Positions 1 to 15,700 of a stretch of DNA of 64,000 bases are shown piece by piece. Source of the DNA: Octopus bimaculoides (taxonomy: Eukaryota); the NCBI RefSeq assembly GCF_001194135.2, contig NC_068992.1:66152050-66216049 (forward strand). Reading direction: 5' to 3'. Position 1 is the stretch's first letter. Every line of letters starts with the position of its first letter. The notes beneath the pieces were generated by a model. That model saw only the letters and a list, made by a program, of their open reading frames with translations. It did not search any database and was not told where the DNA came from. Made by a program: the position numbers and the translations under genes.

Positions 1-519
1 ATATATATATATATATAAATAGATGGGGGGGTAGCCTTGTGTTGAAGTTCATTTCACAGCCAAATTGTTCTGGGTTCCATTCCACTGTGAGGAACCGTGA
101 TTAAGTGTCATCCATTTTAGTCTTGGATTAGTAGATACTTTGCAAACAGAATTTGGTACAATTTGAAAACTGTACAGAAGATTATAGTGTATGCATACGT
201 ATATATATATATATATGTATATATATGGAGGCGCAATGGCCCAGTAGTTAGGGCAGCAGACTCGCAGTCGTAGGGTTGCAATTTCAATTCACAGATCAGG
301 CATTGTGAGTGTTTATTGAGAGAAAACCACTCTGAGAGTGTGCCACTGCGTGCTTTTTACATGGCACAAGTGCCTTTTATGTGACACCAGTACAAGAGCT
401 TTTTACATGGAGCCAACATGGGGCCAGCATAGGTACTCTTTATGTGGCACCAGCAGAAGTGCCTCTCACATGGCACTGGCACTTAAACACACATATGTCA
501 ACCCACCCATGCCACTCAC

Positions 520-701
520 CTGTTGTCTTAAGCCATAAAAGACTGCAATAACTCTTCTGTTCTCATCATAAATTTCAATATCGTCACCATTGGAATTGGC
601 ACGGTAAAAGCCGAAAACACCACTAGCTTTCAAAGATTTTTCTTCAATGAATTTCTTCAGTAATTCTTGAGCATCATCGAATAATTTCTTGGCCATTGTT
701 C
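520..701 (-). CDS. MTR: MTR exon 29 ([15 protein letters not shown]...FYGLRQQ)
   Basis: catcag| and CAG|gtgagt; gene continues left of the window. Confidence 0.95.
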
Positions 702-742
702 CTGATGATAACAACATAATTATAAACATTAGTGGTGGGAGA

Positions 743-784
<42 letters not shown>

Positions 785-2021
785 TATACAACAAGCTTCT
801 TTCAGTTTCCGTCTACCAAACCCACTCACAAGGCTTTAGTCAACCCTAAGCTATAGAAGACATTTGTCCAAGGTTTCACACACATAACTGGACCCGGAAT
901 CATGTGGTCGGGACACAAACTTCCTACCACACAGCCATGCCTGCGCCTGCCCTATGGTCTTTTTGAGGACGTGTATAGCTCAGATATTATAACCATACAT
1001 ACAGCATGAATGAGAAACCAAAAGGTAACAGTCATGGTTGGAGAGTCTTTTATGATGGGTTGCTCAACCAAGACTGACCTGGGGCTAAGTAACAACAACA
1101 ACTGCAATGATTTCAAAACAGTTTTGCAAACTCAGAATGTAAAAACGGATGAAATGCCGCCAAGCATTTTTACCTGCTTCCTAACGATTCTGTCAGATTG
1201 GCACCTTAACGAAGTAGTTAATAATAATGAAGAAAGTTGCTAATTAATGAAAAATTATGGGAAAGCTGAAGAAATCTCAAGAAAATGTCAACATGAAGGG
1301 GCGGAGGTCTTTGATGGAGGGAATCAGTGTTGAAGGAGAGAGAAGGTCATTAATCACTTAATTATCTCATTAGTTAGCTCGTTAATCATATTATCAGTCT
1401 GTATCAATAGAGAAAGTCAACAAAATGGTAATTATCTCTTTAATCACTAAATTGACTGCTTTGCTCACTTTCCTGTAAAACACACACATCCCAAAACATA
1501 CACACACATACTAAATGCACATCAGACACACATCAGACACACACATACACAAAACTTGCATGTATATATATATATATATACACATATATATATATGGTGG
1601 TGGTGGTGTATGTCTTTTATTCTTTTGCTTGTTTCAATCATTAGACTGCGACCATGCTGGGGCACCGCCTTGAAGAACTTTTAGTCAAATGAATTGAGCC
1701 CGGTACTTTTGTTTTCAAGCCTGGTATTTATTCTCTCAGTCTCTTTTGCCGAACGGCTAAGTTATGGGGACATAAATACACCAACACCGGTTGACAATTA
1801 TCAACAGCCCAGTCCACCAAGGTCTAAGCAAGACTTCACACGTCTATATTGTTCACAGTACTCTGTCTACGGTCAGCACAAGTCAGTGGCCCAGTCAGTG
1901 CAGCTGTAAATAGGGACCACAGTATGGAAGAGGGCATCACTGTGCTATGTTCATAATCTGAAGGAGAACATGTTGAGGGAATGAAAGAAGATCTGTTTGT
2001 GTCAGTTGGTTTGTATATATG

Positions 2022-2057
<36 letters not shown>

Positions 2058-4083
2058 ATGACATTTGTCAGTGACAACAGATGAAAGATCAATACTCACC
2101 AACTGAGGCGTCATTAAAGATTTTCGGGTAGCCACGGTTTGGGTATTTTCCTTTCAGCTGCCAAACATCAAAGAATGGTTTCCAATCAATGAATGGAATT
2201 AATTCTTCCAAACTGCAGTCAACAATTTTCTTTGTTCCAAAGAATGTAGGGGGAGCTGCAAAGAGGGAAAAAGGGACCAGTGAGAAATAAATTTCACATT
2301 TCATTAAAACCCCTTAATTCAAATGTTTTGAAAGTTGTTGTTTAACTGAAGGTCAGAAGTTGTCTAGACCCAATAGATCAATGATCAATGAGTTTTATAG
2401 CCATGACCACCTCATCAGAGCTAAAGCAACTAATGGGAACTTTTTCTGTTTTAAAACGGTCGGCTGTGCATTTGGGGGAAACTTATAATGTTGATGGTTC
2501 TGTGAGTTCATAACCAAACTCCACTCTCACATTTCCTGTTTCTACTTCTCCAGTTTACAAAAATTTTCCTAAAACTCCATCTAATTTCTCTTATATAAAT
2601 CTAGAGATAAATCTGGGGTTTAACTTAATAATGTCACACCTTATACCAGTTATATATCGGGGTTTAATTTAATCCTCTTACACCTTATCCATACAAATAA
2701 AGTCTCTTTAAGTCTTGTCTCAAAGAAATCAATAAATTATTTGATATTCAGAAGATAATAATAATTCTTACGTGCCGGAGGATGCAAAGACCAATCTATT
2801 TGGAACTTTTTCTCTTGTGCTGCCTTCAAACTCAGATAAACACGATTCTGAAAATATATGCCTGGTGGTATGAGTACAGTGTATGCTTATATATTTTGTG
2901 TGTATGTGTGTCTTACATACACACACACACACATATATGGTGAGAATTTACAAAAAAAGCAAAAGATGAAGACAGGTGTGTAAATAACAAACAGATGTAT
3001 TAATTTAATGCTCGGAAAGTGAGAAAGTCTTTTACAGTTCGAACCAACACTCTTCGATAGAAAGGAACACAGAAATAAACAGGGAGAGAAAATAGAAAAA
3101 GGTTTAGTGGCTAGCGATCTACCATGGCGAATACCAGACAGAGGGGTCACACAGGAGAGCTAGGAAGAAGGGGAGATAATAAAGTAGTGGTTATCCCAAA
3201 ATGAAGGTGCACGTGTGTGTGTATGTGAGATTGTGTATGTGCATGTGGATGGAGGTTGGTGACCTTTACGTGTGCATATGTGCATGTGTAAGTGTATGGA
3301 TGATGGTGTAGGTGCTGGGAAGTGGTCAGTGCTAGTGTGTGCAGGGTGGTGTGATGTGGTGTGGTATGGTGGTGTGGTGTGGAGGAGGCGAGAATGGGAG
3401 AAGCAAGGGTGGGGGTCTAAGAGATGGGGCAGGATGAGATGTAAAGGGATGATGGGGTTGGAATGTGTAGGGGTGGGGTAACAAGGGAGAGGGTGACAAT
3501 GAAGGGAGAGGGTAGAAGGGAGAAGGTAGGTTGGAGTGAAGAGAGGAAGTAGGTGCCAAAGCAAGAGAGGAGAGGTGGGTGGGAGGAAGTAGGTGTGAGA
3601 GGAAGAGAGAAGGCAAAAATCCTTTGGGACTTTGATTTCCAGACGGATAAGGTATTAGAATACCGAAGGCCAGATATAGTAACCTTTAGGAGGGACAAAC
3701 AAGTGTGCCTAATAATCGATGTAGCAGTGCCAGGAGATCAACATATCATCATGAAAGAAAGAGAAAAAGCTGATAAATATGGAGACCAGAGAATTGAGAT
3801 CACTAAGATGTAGCAGCTACGAGAGTCAAACATAAAGGTTATCCCTATTGTCATCAGAGCATTGGGTTCAATACCACCCAATCTGAAAAAACATCTGAAA
3901 ACCTTAGAGATACCCTATAATCTAGATACATTGCAAAAGTCGGCATTCCTTGGAACTGCACGCATATTGCATAAAGTATTGTCTGTCTGAGATCCTTGTT
4001 GTGACTTGACAAACAGTACAAACCCACGGTAGATACAATATCTTCAATCAACAACCTCACAATATTGTATTCTGTGCGATATC

Positions 4084-4131
<48 letters not shown>

Positions 4132-6112
4132 TTAAAACAAACCTTCAAAGAATCCAAATAATCCTGACGTATTTCATCGTAATCTTCAGAAATTTCTTCC
4201 AAATATTCTTCTACAGAATCTTTATTCATCAAAGCAGAACACTAAATTATAAATGAAGAAATCAATGAAAAGTTGATAGATTTTAGTTAATTATAATTGT
4301 AAAATACGATGTTTATGTGTGAAGAGGTTTGTTCTGGCATTTCAGACAGGGTTCGTCTTTAAAGACTAAAAGTTCATGAAGGAGGCTGAGGTCTGACATC
4401 TTAACCACTTTGGCATCAACCTGTCTGAGACTGCTCCTTATTCTATGATATTAACTTGTTTGAAAATGGTCTAGATTAAAATTTTTCATTAAAATTTCAT
4501 GTTAATATATGTTCCAAACATTAAGAATGAATTCTTTGTTATTTTCAGTAATGCCATATTTTAACATGTATAAAGAACCCCCTAATTTGGTGGGGGGGCT
4601 TAAAATTTGGAAAAAAAAGGTTTGTAAGGGATTATGATACTATCCATGTACAAGAAACTCCCATATTTTTTAACCTAATTTTTGACAAAAAAGGGTTCAT
4701 TATACTCATTAAAATACGGTAATTGAAAGAAAGCTGTATCAAGCATGACTTCTATGTTCAGTACATGTATGTGAGAGAGGGAGGACGTGTATGGATGAGT
4801 GTGTATGTGTTTGTGTGTGTATATACATCTAGGTATGAATGTGGACATCTTTGGGTATATATGAAACATTACAAGAATTAGACAAACAAATGAAATAAGT
4901 AGAAGAATGAAAGGTGATATGATTCTGTAAGAGCCACTTACAACAAAGACACTCTTGGATGCATCTGGGACATAAACTGTGGGTCCAGAATAAGCAGGAG
5001 AGATTTTCACAGCTGTGTGTTGCCTTTGGAATGATAAATAATAATTTTTAAATTAATTACATGGAAATATTCATGAAATTAACTTTATTAAATGTAATAA
5101 ACAATATTAGAAGCTAATCAGAGTATGAAGGACAATGGTCAGGAGTTTTGTATGACCCCCTAAGATTGATGGGGACAAAGAAAGGAGTAAAGAAAGGTCA
5201 GGTCATGAGTTTCTGTCATAGGAACCAGGGGCTGTTGAGATAAGGGGACAGAGGAGAGGCGTTATCTCAATTGTTTGCAACATAATAGATTCCATCACTT
5301 CGGGGACAATTAACAGGTATTGTAATGAGGGGTGAGACAGGGCTTGGGTAGGGTTGGAGGGGTGCCTTCACAATATTTAGCATGTCTTGGGTGTTTTAAA
5401 TATGCTGAAGTCCAACATCTTCATACCTGAACATAACTGATTTCTTCCACAGAGAGAGAGGAGAGAAGAGAGAGAGATGGGGCAGAGAGAAAGAGAGAGA
5501 GAGAGAGAGAAGAGAAAGAGAGACAAACACACAGAAAGAGCGGGGAGAGAGAAGAATCAACCTCAGCATATGACTGGTATTGTATTTATTACCCCCCCCC
5601 CCCCAAGGATGAAAAGCAAAGACAATCTCAGATTTGAACTCAGAACAAAGAGAACTGGAACAAATGGCACAAGGTTGTCTTATCCAGCAGCCCTACAACT
5701 TTGCTAGTCTACCACAATTACATTATAATGCAAATGCTAAGAGATATTAAGACATTATTAAACATGTCAGAGAATGTGAAAAACCATTTAAAACAAACAC
5801 ACATCCATTCTGTTAAATTTACTTTAGTAACAATGATATTATTGGTGATTAAGTCATGTTTTGCTGTCCATTTACAGCAACCTTGTCACAGCAGACACCG
5901 TATTCCATTGACAATGGAATAACCTTTGATATTTCATACTCTGTTTGTCTATTGTTAATAGTAGATCTAACAAGTAGTAGTACAGTATTATACCATAACA
6001 GTGTGTGTGTGTGTGTGTGTGTATTGCAAATGGTATATTTGACATACCTGTGTGTGTGTGTGTATGTCATTAATAATGTGTTTGACAAACTGTACTACAA
6101 TATCATATAACA

Positions 6113-6166
<54 letters not shown>

Positions 6167-8574
6167 ATCTGTGTGTATGTGATAAATAATATATTTAACA
6201 TGTTGTAGTCCAATATTGATATTATATCGGTTTATGTGCCACTAATAGTGAATTTAACCATCTGTAGTATCTTATTACAGAATATTGGTAAAGGTCTATG
6301 TTATTGATAGCATTTCTTCACAAGCTGTTGTGTAATATTACAGTGTGTGTTTGTGTGTGTGTGTGTGCATGCATATGTGCTGTTTGTAAATGGCTGACAT
6401 GAGACTGGCACGATGTAGTTGTTTCACCTTTCAATGCCTCAACTCAATTTTTGTCAAAACAAAAATGGTTCCGAAAAATGCTATAAATGTTAATAATATA
6501 AACCAATTGGATTGAATCTACTCTGTGAGGCTGGAAGTACACACACAGACACACACACAAACACACATATGCATTTCAAGAAAGAGCAACAGATGGACAG
6601 GTGGACAGGCAGACAGATAAACGGATAGGTAGGTAGATAAGTAAATAGACAGATTATCAGATAGACAGACAGATAAACAGGTATACCAATGATATTGGAT
6701 TAGAATTAATTTTATGTCAGGTAAAGATGGAAAATCTAGATACTCAGTGTTGTAATTCATGTCACCTGTATAAAAGGCAAAGACAATAGTGTGTGTGTGT
6801 GTGAATGTAGGTGTGTGTATGTGAGAAATTGTTTGCATGTGATGCGAAAGTGTTATGTGACTGTGTGTGTGTGTGTGTGTTGTAGTATCACCTGTAATAC
6901 TTACTTTGATGTTGTCGCACCTCCAATCAACAATGGAATCTTCAGACCAATTCTCTCCATTTCCTGTGCCACATGAACCATTTCATTAAGAGATGGAGTA
7001 ATTAATCCTGACAGACCAATGACATCTGAAGGGAATCAAATATTTAAAAGAAATCATATAAAATAGGATAAAAGACACAAGGGAGCTCAGAGTTGGTGGG
7101 AAAAGCATTGTAACTAAGGAAAGGGACTCATAGCTGGAGGCTTGGGGCCTCATAGCTGGTGAAGGGGCTTTACAGCTGGAGGAGGGGCTACAGTCAAGTT
7201 ATGTTGGCCCCAGCCAATGCCAGTACCCTTCGACTGGCCCCCATGTTGGTGGCACATAAAAAGCACTATTCGAACATGAATGATGCCAGGCTCACCTGAC
7301 TGGCTCCTGTGCCGGTGGCATGTAAAAGCACCCACTACACTCTCTGAGTGGTTGGCGTTAGGAAGGGAATCCAGCTGTAGAAACTCTGCCAAATCAGATT
7401 GGAGCCTGGTGTAGCCATCTGGTTCATCAGTCCTCAGTCAAATCGTCCAACCCATGCTAGCATGGAAAGCAGACGTTAAACGATGATGATGACGATGATG
7501 ATAAGCTACACTTGTAAAAATGGTAAAGTTTCTGGCAAGGAAAACAGGAATCTGGGATAGGGGGTGGGTAGGGGGTGGGGATGTAATCCTTCCGATTATA
7601 GGCACAAGGCCTGAAATTTGGGGGGAGGAGGCCAGCCAATTAGATTGACCCCAGTATACAACTGGTGCCTAATTTATCGATCCCTGTAAGGATGAAAGGC
7701 AAAGTCGACCTCGGTGGAATTTGAACTCAGAACGCAGCAACGAGCAAGATACCGCAAAGCATTTTGTCCAGTGTGCTAACAACTCTGCCAGCTCACTGCC
7801 TTTGTGGATATAAGGATAAATATAATGATCAAACCAGCATTAATGTCAATAGCAGTGTTGAGGATCTTCTCACAGGGAGTCATCACACCAAGGTCGACAA
7901 TTCTGTAAAACAATAATAAAAAAAAAGGACTTTAGTTAGAATGTTGATTCATGCGCACACACACACACACATGCATGCAAACACACATATATACATATAT
8001 GTATATATATCATGGCCATCCAAACAGGCAGGCCTAGCCCTCCCCCACTCCCTCTCTCAGCCTTGTCTTGTGAGTTTGCAGATGCTGATGCTGCATAAAA
8101 AGCAGCCTTGCCAATAGCACACCAAATGCACCAGAGCTCTGTAACATGAGGAAGCGCCCAGTGGAGCACTCTGTAAAGTGTTTGGCATAAAGAAGGGCAT
8201 CTGGCCATAGAAACCATGCCAAAGCAGACAACTGGAGTCTGGTGCAGCTCTCCAGCCCCTGTCAAACCGTCCAGCATGGCGAATGAATATCAAACGATGA
8301 TGAAGATGATGGTGGTGGTGGTGACGTGTTTTATCATGGGCCCCAACTGTAGAGAGGCAGCCGTGTCTATGATGAGACTAAAGCACCCTCTCACCTTTGT
8401 GATATGACCAAGACAGCTTGACCAAGACAGAGAGAATAGGAGAGAGAGGAGGAGGGGAGAGAAAGAGAGGGGGAGAAGGACCAAAGCAGGTGAGTTTCAA
8501 AAAGTCCCATTCAACTTATGCCATCAGAGAAAAGCAGATGTAAAAACAATGATATTGATGCTGTTGTGTGTGTA

Positions 8575-8644
<70 letters not shown>

Positions 8645-11600
8645 GGCTGGCAGCTCTGTGTATGTATGTATGTATGTGTGTATACATATATGTTACTTAC
8701 TTGAAATTATTGCAGCCAAGTACAACAGCAACAATATTTTTCCCGATATCATGGACATCTCCTTTCACTGTCGCTATCACCATGGTACCACTATAAGTCC
8801 TCTTCTGTGAAGTCAACAACAAATTATGACAATAACAGAAATACTTTCTGAACCACAAGTAAAAAGTAGAGCACATCTTTATCATCATCATCGTCGTCAT
8901 CATCATCATCATTTAACATCCGTTGTCCGTGTTGGCATGGGTTGGACGGTTTGACTGGGTGCTTTTACATGCAAGTACAGGTATCAAATGATGATGATGA
9001 TGATGATGGGTCAATGAAGAGAAAAGTTCTGTCTGTCTGTCTATCTATTCTTAACGTCAAAGGTATTTCAGTAAATCTCCAGTCACATATATACAGACAA
9101 TTAATAAACATACATTCTGTATGTCATAATATATTTTTCTTTAACAGGAAATCAAATTACTTTTTCTTTCACACGACATTGAACAAAACATACTTATCTC
9201 CCCTTACACAACTCTCTCGTACAAGGCCCTATTGAAAGGAGATATAAAGTGCGGTGTGTTTCTGTGTGTGTGCGTGTGGTGTGAATGACTCTGCATATGT
9301 AGTATATGTCTGCATTATAAGTGTGAGCATATGTTGTACAGAGAAGAAATTTTTGAAGAAATGGATGAGAGGGCAAAAAAAAAAAAAAAACAGAAAGAAG
9401 AGAGGAAAGGAATCAGAGGGAGTAGGAGTGATTAGGAAAGAAAATCAAAAATAGATTTTAAAAAAACAGATTAAAATCAAACAAAAATATTTCTTCCTTA
9501 TTTTTCTTTTTCGATTTTCTTTTTAATTCTTTTCTGTTGAGAAGTTTCCCACAAATAAACAAGTTGAAAAAAACAAAAAAGACAAAAAATTTAAAAATTT
9601 AAACCAGTTCATTGAAACCAATTCCATCTTCATCCCTCGCAGACAATTAATCAAGCTGTATTGATGATCAATAAGTCTCTATAGACAGGTTCCACGAAGA
9701 TTTCAATGACTGGAACTTTTATGAAACTCACTCAAATTAAAGATCGACAAATAAGAAATATTTTGGCTGAGATTTATTCTGGTCACACTTTTTTTTTTTT
9801 TTTGGTGAAAACTGAAAATTCTAAAAGTAAAGAAAATAAATTCTTTACTTTTAAGCTTTAATTATTAACGAACCCTCGTGTGGAATCGTCAATAACGAAC
9901 CTATATATTGTTTGAGTTGCTTCCCAACAGAAATGAAACTTTCAGGCAGTTAAATGGAAGAATACTTTTGCACTGGTTTAGTTTCGGTCTTTTGAGTGTG
10001 GCCATGCTGCAGCACTACTTCGGTCAATCAAATCGATCCTAGAATTCACTTTTTAAATCTGGTATTTATTCTAAGCATTCTTATTTTTGCCCAACTATCA
10101 AGTTATGAGAATGTAAACAAACAAACACTGGTTGTTAAGGGGTATCCTACAAACACACAATACAAAGAGAGAAAAACACACACACACACATACACATCTA
10201 CAAAATTCTCTTGCAAGACAATGGTCATGTTGGGATACAGAAGGTGCCGCTCAGTGGAACTGAACTTCAGTTCCTGTTGTTTCAAAACAAAATTCTTAAC
10301 CACCCAGCCAGCCATAACTTGCTCTTAGATAACACAGAATAATTCTACACAGAACTGGGGGTGGGGGGAATGATATTAATCAATGGCGAGAATAGAACGA
10401 TAATTATATATACTGTTAATTAACTTACAATAATATTTCTTTCCATTAATATAGATAAAATTTAATCAAACTTTGGTCATCTTTAATCTTTAACCCAGAA
10501 GCAACAAGAAATAAAAGAGACCATTTTGGAAAGATAAGGGAGAATATAGTTTCCTTACATTCAATTTCTTGTCTTTGTCATCTTCCATAAAAGGAATCAG
10601 ATAAGCGACAGCTTTCTTCATGACACGAGCAGACTTGATAACTTGTGGCAGAAACATTTTGCCAGAACCAAACAAATCTCCGACCGTGTTCATTCCCTGG
10701 AAACAAAAAAAAAAAAAAACAGATCTAACAATACTGTGAAATATGGGTTTCAAATTTTGGCACAAGGCCAGCAATTTAAGGGAAGCAAATAAGTTGATTA
10801 CATTGACCCCCAGGGCCCAACTGGTTCTTATTTTATCCATCTTGAAAGAATGAAAGGCTAAGTCAGGCCCAGCGGCATTCAAAGACGGAATGTGAAGACA
10901 GACGATGCACCGTTAAGCGCTTTGCCCTGTGCACCAACAACCCTGCCACAGCTTGCTGCCTTAAAATACTATGGAATATTATTATGAGAATAACAACACT
11001 GGAACCAAATACTATATTTGTGGCACTCGATCGGTTACGATAACGAGGGTTCCACTTGATCCGATCAATTGAACAGCCTGCTCATGGAATTAACAAGGAA
11101 GTGACTGAGTACTCCACAGACACGTATGTCCTTAACATAGTTCTTGGGGGAGATTCAGCATGACACAGAGTGTGACAAGGCTGGTCCCTTTGAAATACAG
11201 GTATAAGAGAAACATGAAGAAAGAGTGAGACAAAGTTGTGATGAATGGGTACAGCAGGGTTCACCACCGCCCCCTGCCAGAGCCTCGTGGAACTTTAACT
11301 CTGAGACGAGCATTGCCGATTCCCTTTCTAGAAACTTTGAGTTGTTTTCCTGCCAATGGCTTTGAGAACAATAAAACTGACAGGTGCTTACCTTCATTAA
11401 TGGCCCTTCAATTATCTTCAAAGGGATTGGATAAGCATCTACAGATTGGTGAGCTTCTTGCACGTCTTGGATGATGTATTTGTCAATTCCCTTCAAGACA
11501 TACAAACAAAAAACAATAAAATAAGCAAAAAAGAAACGAAAATTCCTTTTAAACAATAAAAATAAAATTCTATTTTTATTTCTATTAATATAGTTTATAA

Positions 11601-12683
11601 ATATATTTATTTATTTGTTTATTTATTGAGTGGTGTTATATTTTATTGACCCCGAAGGGATGCAATGCAAAAATGATGTCAGCAGCATTTGAACTCAAAA
11701 TGAAAATGGCTGAAATAAATGCCAGAAAGCAATTTTAAAACACTAACAATTCCACAAATCTCTGAAGCCATCATCATCATCACACTACCACCACCATCAC
11801 CATCATCATCATCATCATCAGCTAGAGGTGTCATTAATATACCAGCTGCTCACTTCCCATGAACATTGTTTTTCAAGTCTCAAAGTCTTTGCAGAGATTC
11901 CTTTCACTGCCAATTAATGCTGTTTTTTGGGGAGGTGGGGTATGTTCTCTATATTCAATTTTTATTCCAATCATTTCCAACCAATTTTTAATCTCTTTGA
12001 TCACTGTACCAACAATTATTGGCACAGTAAACACTGGTGGTGGTGGTGGTGGTGGTGGTGGTGTTGCTGCTGCTGCTGCTGCTGTTGTTGTTGATGTTAT
12101 TATTATAGACTAATAGTTCAGTTGTTGAGTACAGTTTAGTTTGTTCGATAAAATAAAGTAATAAAGGGAAAATGACCTTCACAAGAGAGTAAATGAGACG
12201 CTCCTCCAGGGGCAAATTTCGCCATTCTTCCTCTGTCACATTCTTCTTCGGAGTTTTATCCAACTTCTGTGGACAGACATGAGAAATATATGTGAATGTG
12301 TGTGTGTGTGTGTATGTGAGTGTGTGTGTGTGTATGTATGTGTGTGTGTGTGTGTGCATGTGGACATATGTACGTATGTATGTACATTACTAAAACTTTT
12401 ATTTCTTGCCTTACCTCTGCATACATTAACATTTGTTCGGTGCCATCTGAAATAGTATTCCATATTATGCCTTCGCACAGATGAAGAAGATTTTCTTCAA
12501 TATCCGAATACAATGGAAGATTGCCAGCATTGACAATTCCAAGATCCATTCCAGCCTTTCAAACAGAAAAACAACATCATGAAATTAATACACAAAAACA
12601 AACAAAAATAAACAGAAACAATTCAACACAGGCCATCATCATCATCATCATCAATTCATCACACACCCACTCCCACCATCACT

Positions 12684-12718
<35 letters not shown>

Positions 12719-15700
12719 TTAATGTCTCTGTTCTGTGCTGGCATGGAGTGGACCATTTTTGGCAATTTCCATCATCAACCATCTTTCACATGGAATGGTT
12801 ACATTTGACTACAGAAAAAACCAATGTCTTTCAGACGAGTGAATTATGATTAATTAAATTTTCTGTTCATTTTGGAAATAAATTTTCTTTGATGTCTGCT
12901 CATTTTTCAGATTTCCCCATATTTTGTTTATTAGCTTTTTACAGTTGGTTTAAAACAATGTAGTCCTTAAATCCACATTCGGTATTTCCAGAATAAATTC
13001 ATTTCTTGAAAATAAAACTGCAAAGATCTGGAAACGTCAGAAAAGACTCAGGTAGCTCTACCAACTCAAAACAACTGCTACAAAAAACAATAAGAAAATA
13101 TAGAAAAATCTACAAAATAAAAGATAAAACTTTAACATAGTCATCATCATCATTTAACGTCCATGTCCTATGCTGGTATGGGTCAGATGGTTTGACAGGA
13201 TCCAATAAGCCCAAAAGTTGCATCATAATTTAATCAAAGGTAAAGCTTCATGTGTTTATTATTACTAATTATTTTTAGGTGGTAAATTGGTTAAGTCGTT
13301 AGAGCACTGGGCTGAGTTCCTCATAGTTGTTTGTTGTGAATCTGAACAGTCCAAGATCAAATCATATTCAAAGGTGCAGGAGTGGTTGTGTGCTAAGTAG
13401 CTGGCTTCCCAACCACATGGTTCCGGGTTCATTCCCACTGTGTGGCACCTTGGGCAAGTGTCTTCTACTATAGCCTAGGGCCGACCAATGCCTTGTGAGT
13501 GGAGTTGGTAGACGAAAACTGAAAGAAGCCCGTTGTATATACGAGTGTGTGTGTGTGTGTGTGTGTGTCAAGGCGTGTGGCTTAGTGCTTGGATATTCTG
13601 CTCAGAATTATAAGGTTGTGAGTTCAATTCCCAACAGTGTGCCGTGTCTCTTGAGCAAGACACTTTATTTAACATTGTTCCGGTCCACTCACCTAGCAAA
13701 AGTGACCCATACCTGTATTTCAAAGAACCAGCCGAGTCACATTCCGTGTGACGCTGAATCTCCCAAAGAACTACGTCAAGGGTTACATGTGTCTGTGCAA
13801 TGCTCAGTGCCACTTTCATGCAGATTTCATAATCAGGCTGTTCCAATGACCGGATCAACTGGAACACTCGTTGTCATAACCGATGGAGTTCCAGTTTATG
13901 TTTTTCCCTATCTTTGTATTTGAAGCTGAGATTTCCTTTCACTATTACGCAGAGGTTTCCAAAGATTTCTGATTGCGTTAAGATTGAACTAAAGCCTCAA
14001 AGACAAGGTTAATTAGCCACAAAACCATTTTATTCTTAAAGTAGAAGAATCAGATATTTACCTTGATAGCATGATATAAAAACACACTGTGCATTGCTTC
14101 ACGGATTTGGTTTTTACCACGAAATGCAAAAGAAAGATTGGAAATCCCACCACTGATTTTGACACCAGCAAGATTTTGCTGCAAAATAATAATGATGATA
14201 ATAATAGTAATAATAATAATTATAATAATAATAGAATAGGAAGCCGGACATAGTTTTAATTGAGAAAGAAAGCAAACTATGCTGGATCATAGACATAACA
14301 TGCCCAGCAGACAACAAGGTATGTAATAAGGAAGAAAGAAAAGTCGAGAGACATGACAGGTTAGCTTGGGACGTTAAGCAGTTATGGTTGATGAAAAAGG
14401 TGGCAGTAGTACCGATAATTGTCGGGAACAGTGAGCAAAAATCTCGAGAAGTATGTGGAACAAATAGGGGCTGCAATAAGGGTGGTGGTGATGATGCAGA
14501 CAGAAACACAAGAGATTGCAGTCACGCATTCAATAAATCCACATTCTTCTAGAAAAAATCCAATTTATCTGAAACCATTACCAACCTTGACAATACTTGT
14601 GGCATTGATGAAATTTTTAACATAATCATTGTGTTCTTCTATTCCTGTAGCAATGGTCAGAATATTCAAATCAAAGATGATATTCTGGGGCAAGAGTTTA
14701 ACCACTTCTGTAAGAATTTTATATGATCGCTCACAGATCTCAACTTTTCTCTCAACACTGGTCGCCTGCATTAAAAATACAAATCAGTCGTTATTTTTAT
14801 TGCTAATCAATCAACAGAGGTGGTGGAGGTGGCTGTGATGGCAGGGGGAGGGGAGGCTGATTATAGTGATGGTGGAGGTGGTGGTGGTGGTCGTCGTCAT
14901 TGTAGTAGTAGTATGGGTGGTGGTGGTAAGAGTAGTGATTATATAGCTGTAACTGACTTTATCAATGGTAGTGGTGGGAGATGGTGATGATGAGGATGAC
15001 AATAATGATGACGGTGATGACGATGATGATGATAAGGATGATGGTGAAGATGATGATGATGACAATGATGATGGCGATGATAATGATGATGATGATGATG
15101 GCGATGATGATGTTGGTAGCTCAACTGCTCCTCACCTGACCTTCCTCATCAAAGCACATCACAATGACACAGGCGCCATACCGTTTGATGCACTTCGCTT
15201 TCTCTATGAAATCTTGCTCCCCCTCCTTCAGGCTGATACTGTTGACGATACACTTGCCCTGGCAACACTTGAGGCCAGCCTCGATCACAGAGAAACTGGA
15301 CGAATCAACACAGAGGGGCACCTGGGGAAGAACAATCGCAATGACAATAATGATAATAATGACAAACGTAAGAGTAATAACAGTAACGATGGGAATAACA
15401 GTAATGATCGGAATAACAAGAATGATCGGAATAACTAGAATGATCGGAATAACTAGAATGATGGGAATAACAGTAATGATGGGAATAACTGTAACGATCG
15501 GGATAACAAAAATGATGGGAATAACTAAAATGATGGGAATAACTAAAATGATGGGAATAACTAAAATGATCGGGATAATTGTAATGATGGGAATAACTAA
15601 TAATCCTTTCTATTATAACCACAAGGCCTANNNNNNNNNNGTACTTGACTGGTACTTAAATTAATGACCCCAAGAGGATGAAAGACAAAATTGACCTCAG

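Noticed and set aside
228-310. tRNA gene candidates (also 13571, 48490, 54995)
   Set aside because: A/B boxes are present but the cloverleafs are broken and continue into SINE bodies.
1327-1350. gtgttgaaggagagagaaggt, resembling the U6atac 5' end
   Set aside because: Similarity is short and purine-rich; no downstream U6atac structure or Pol III terminator.
7553-7580. G-quadruplex-like gggatagggggtgggtagggggtgggg
   Set aside because: Intronic, at a repeat junction, and such G-runs are common here; no functional context.
14965-15664. 157-aa and 166-aa plus-strand ORFs (Asp/Asn-rich; GITKMM repeats)
   Set aside because: Antisense to MTR exon 15 and built from the GAT tract and the 18-bp minisatellite.
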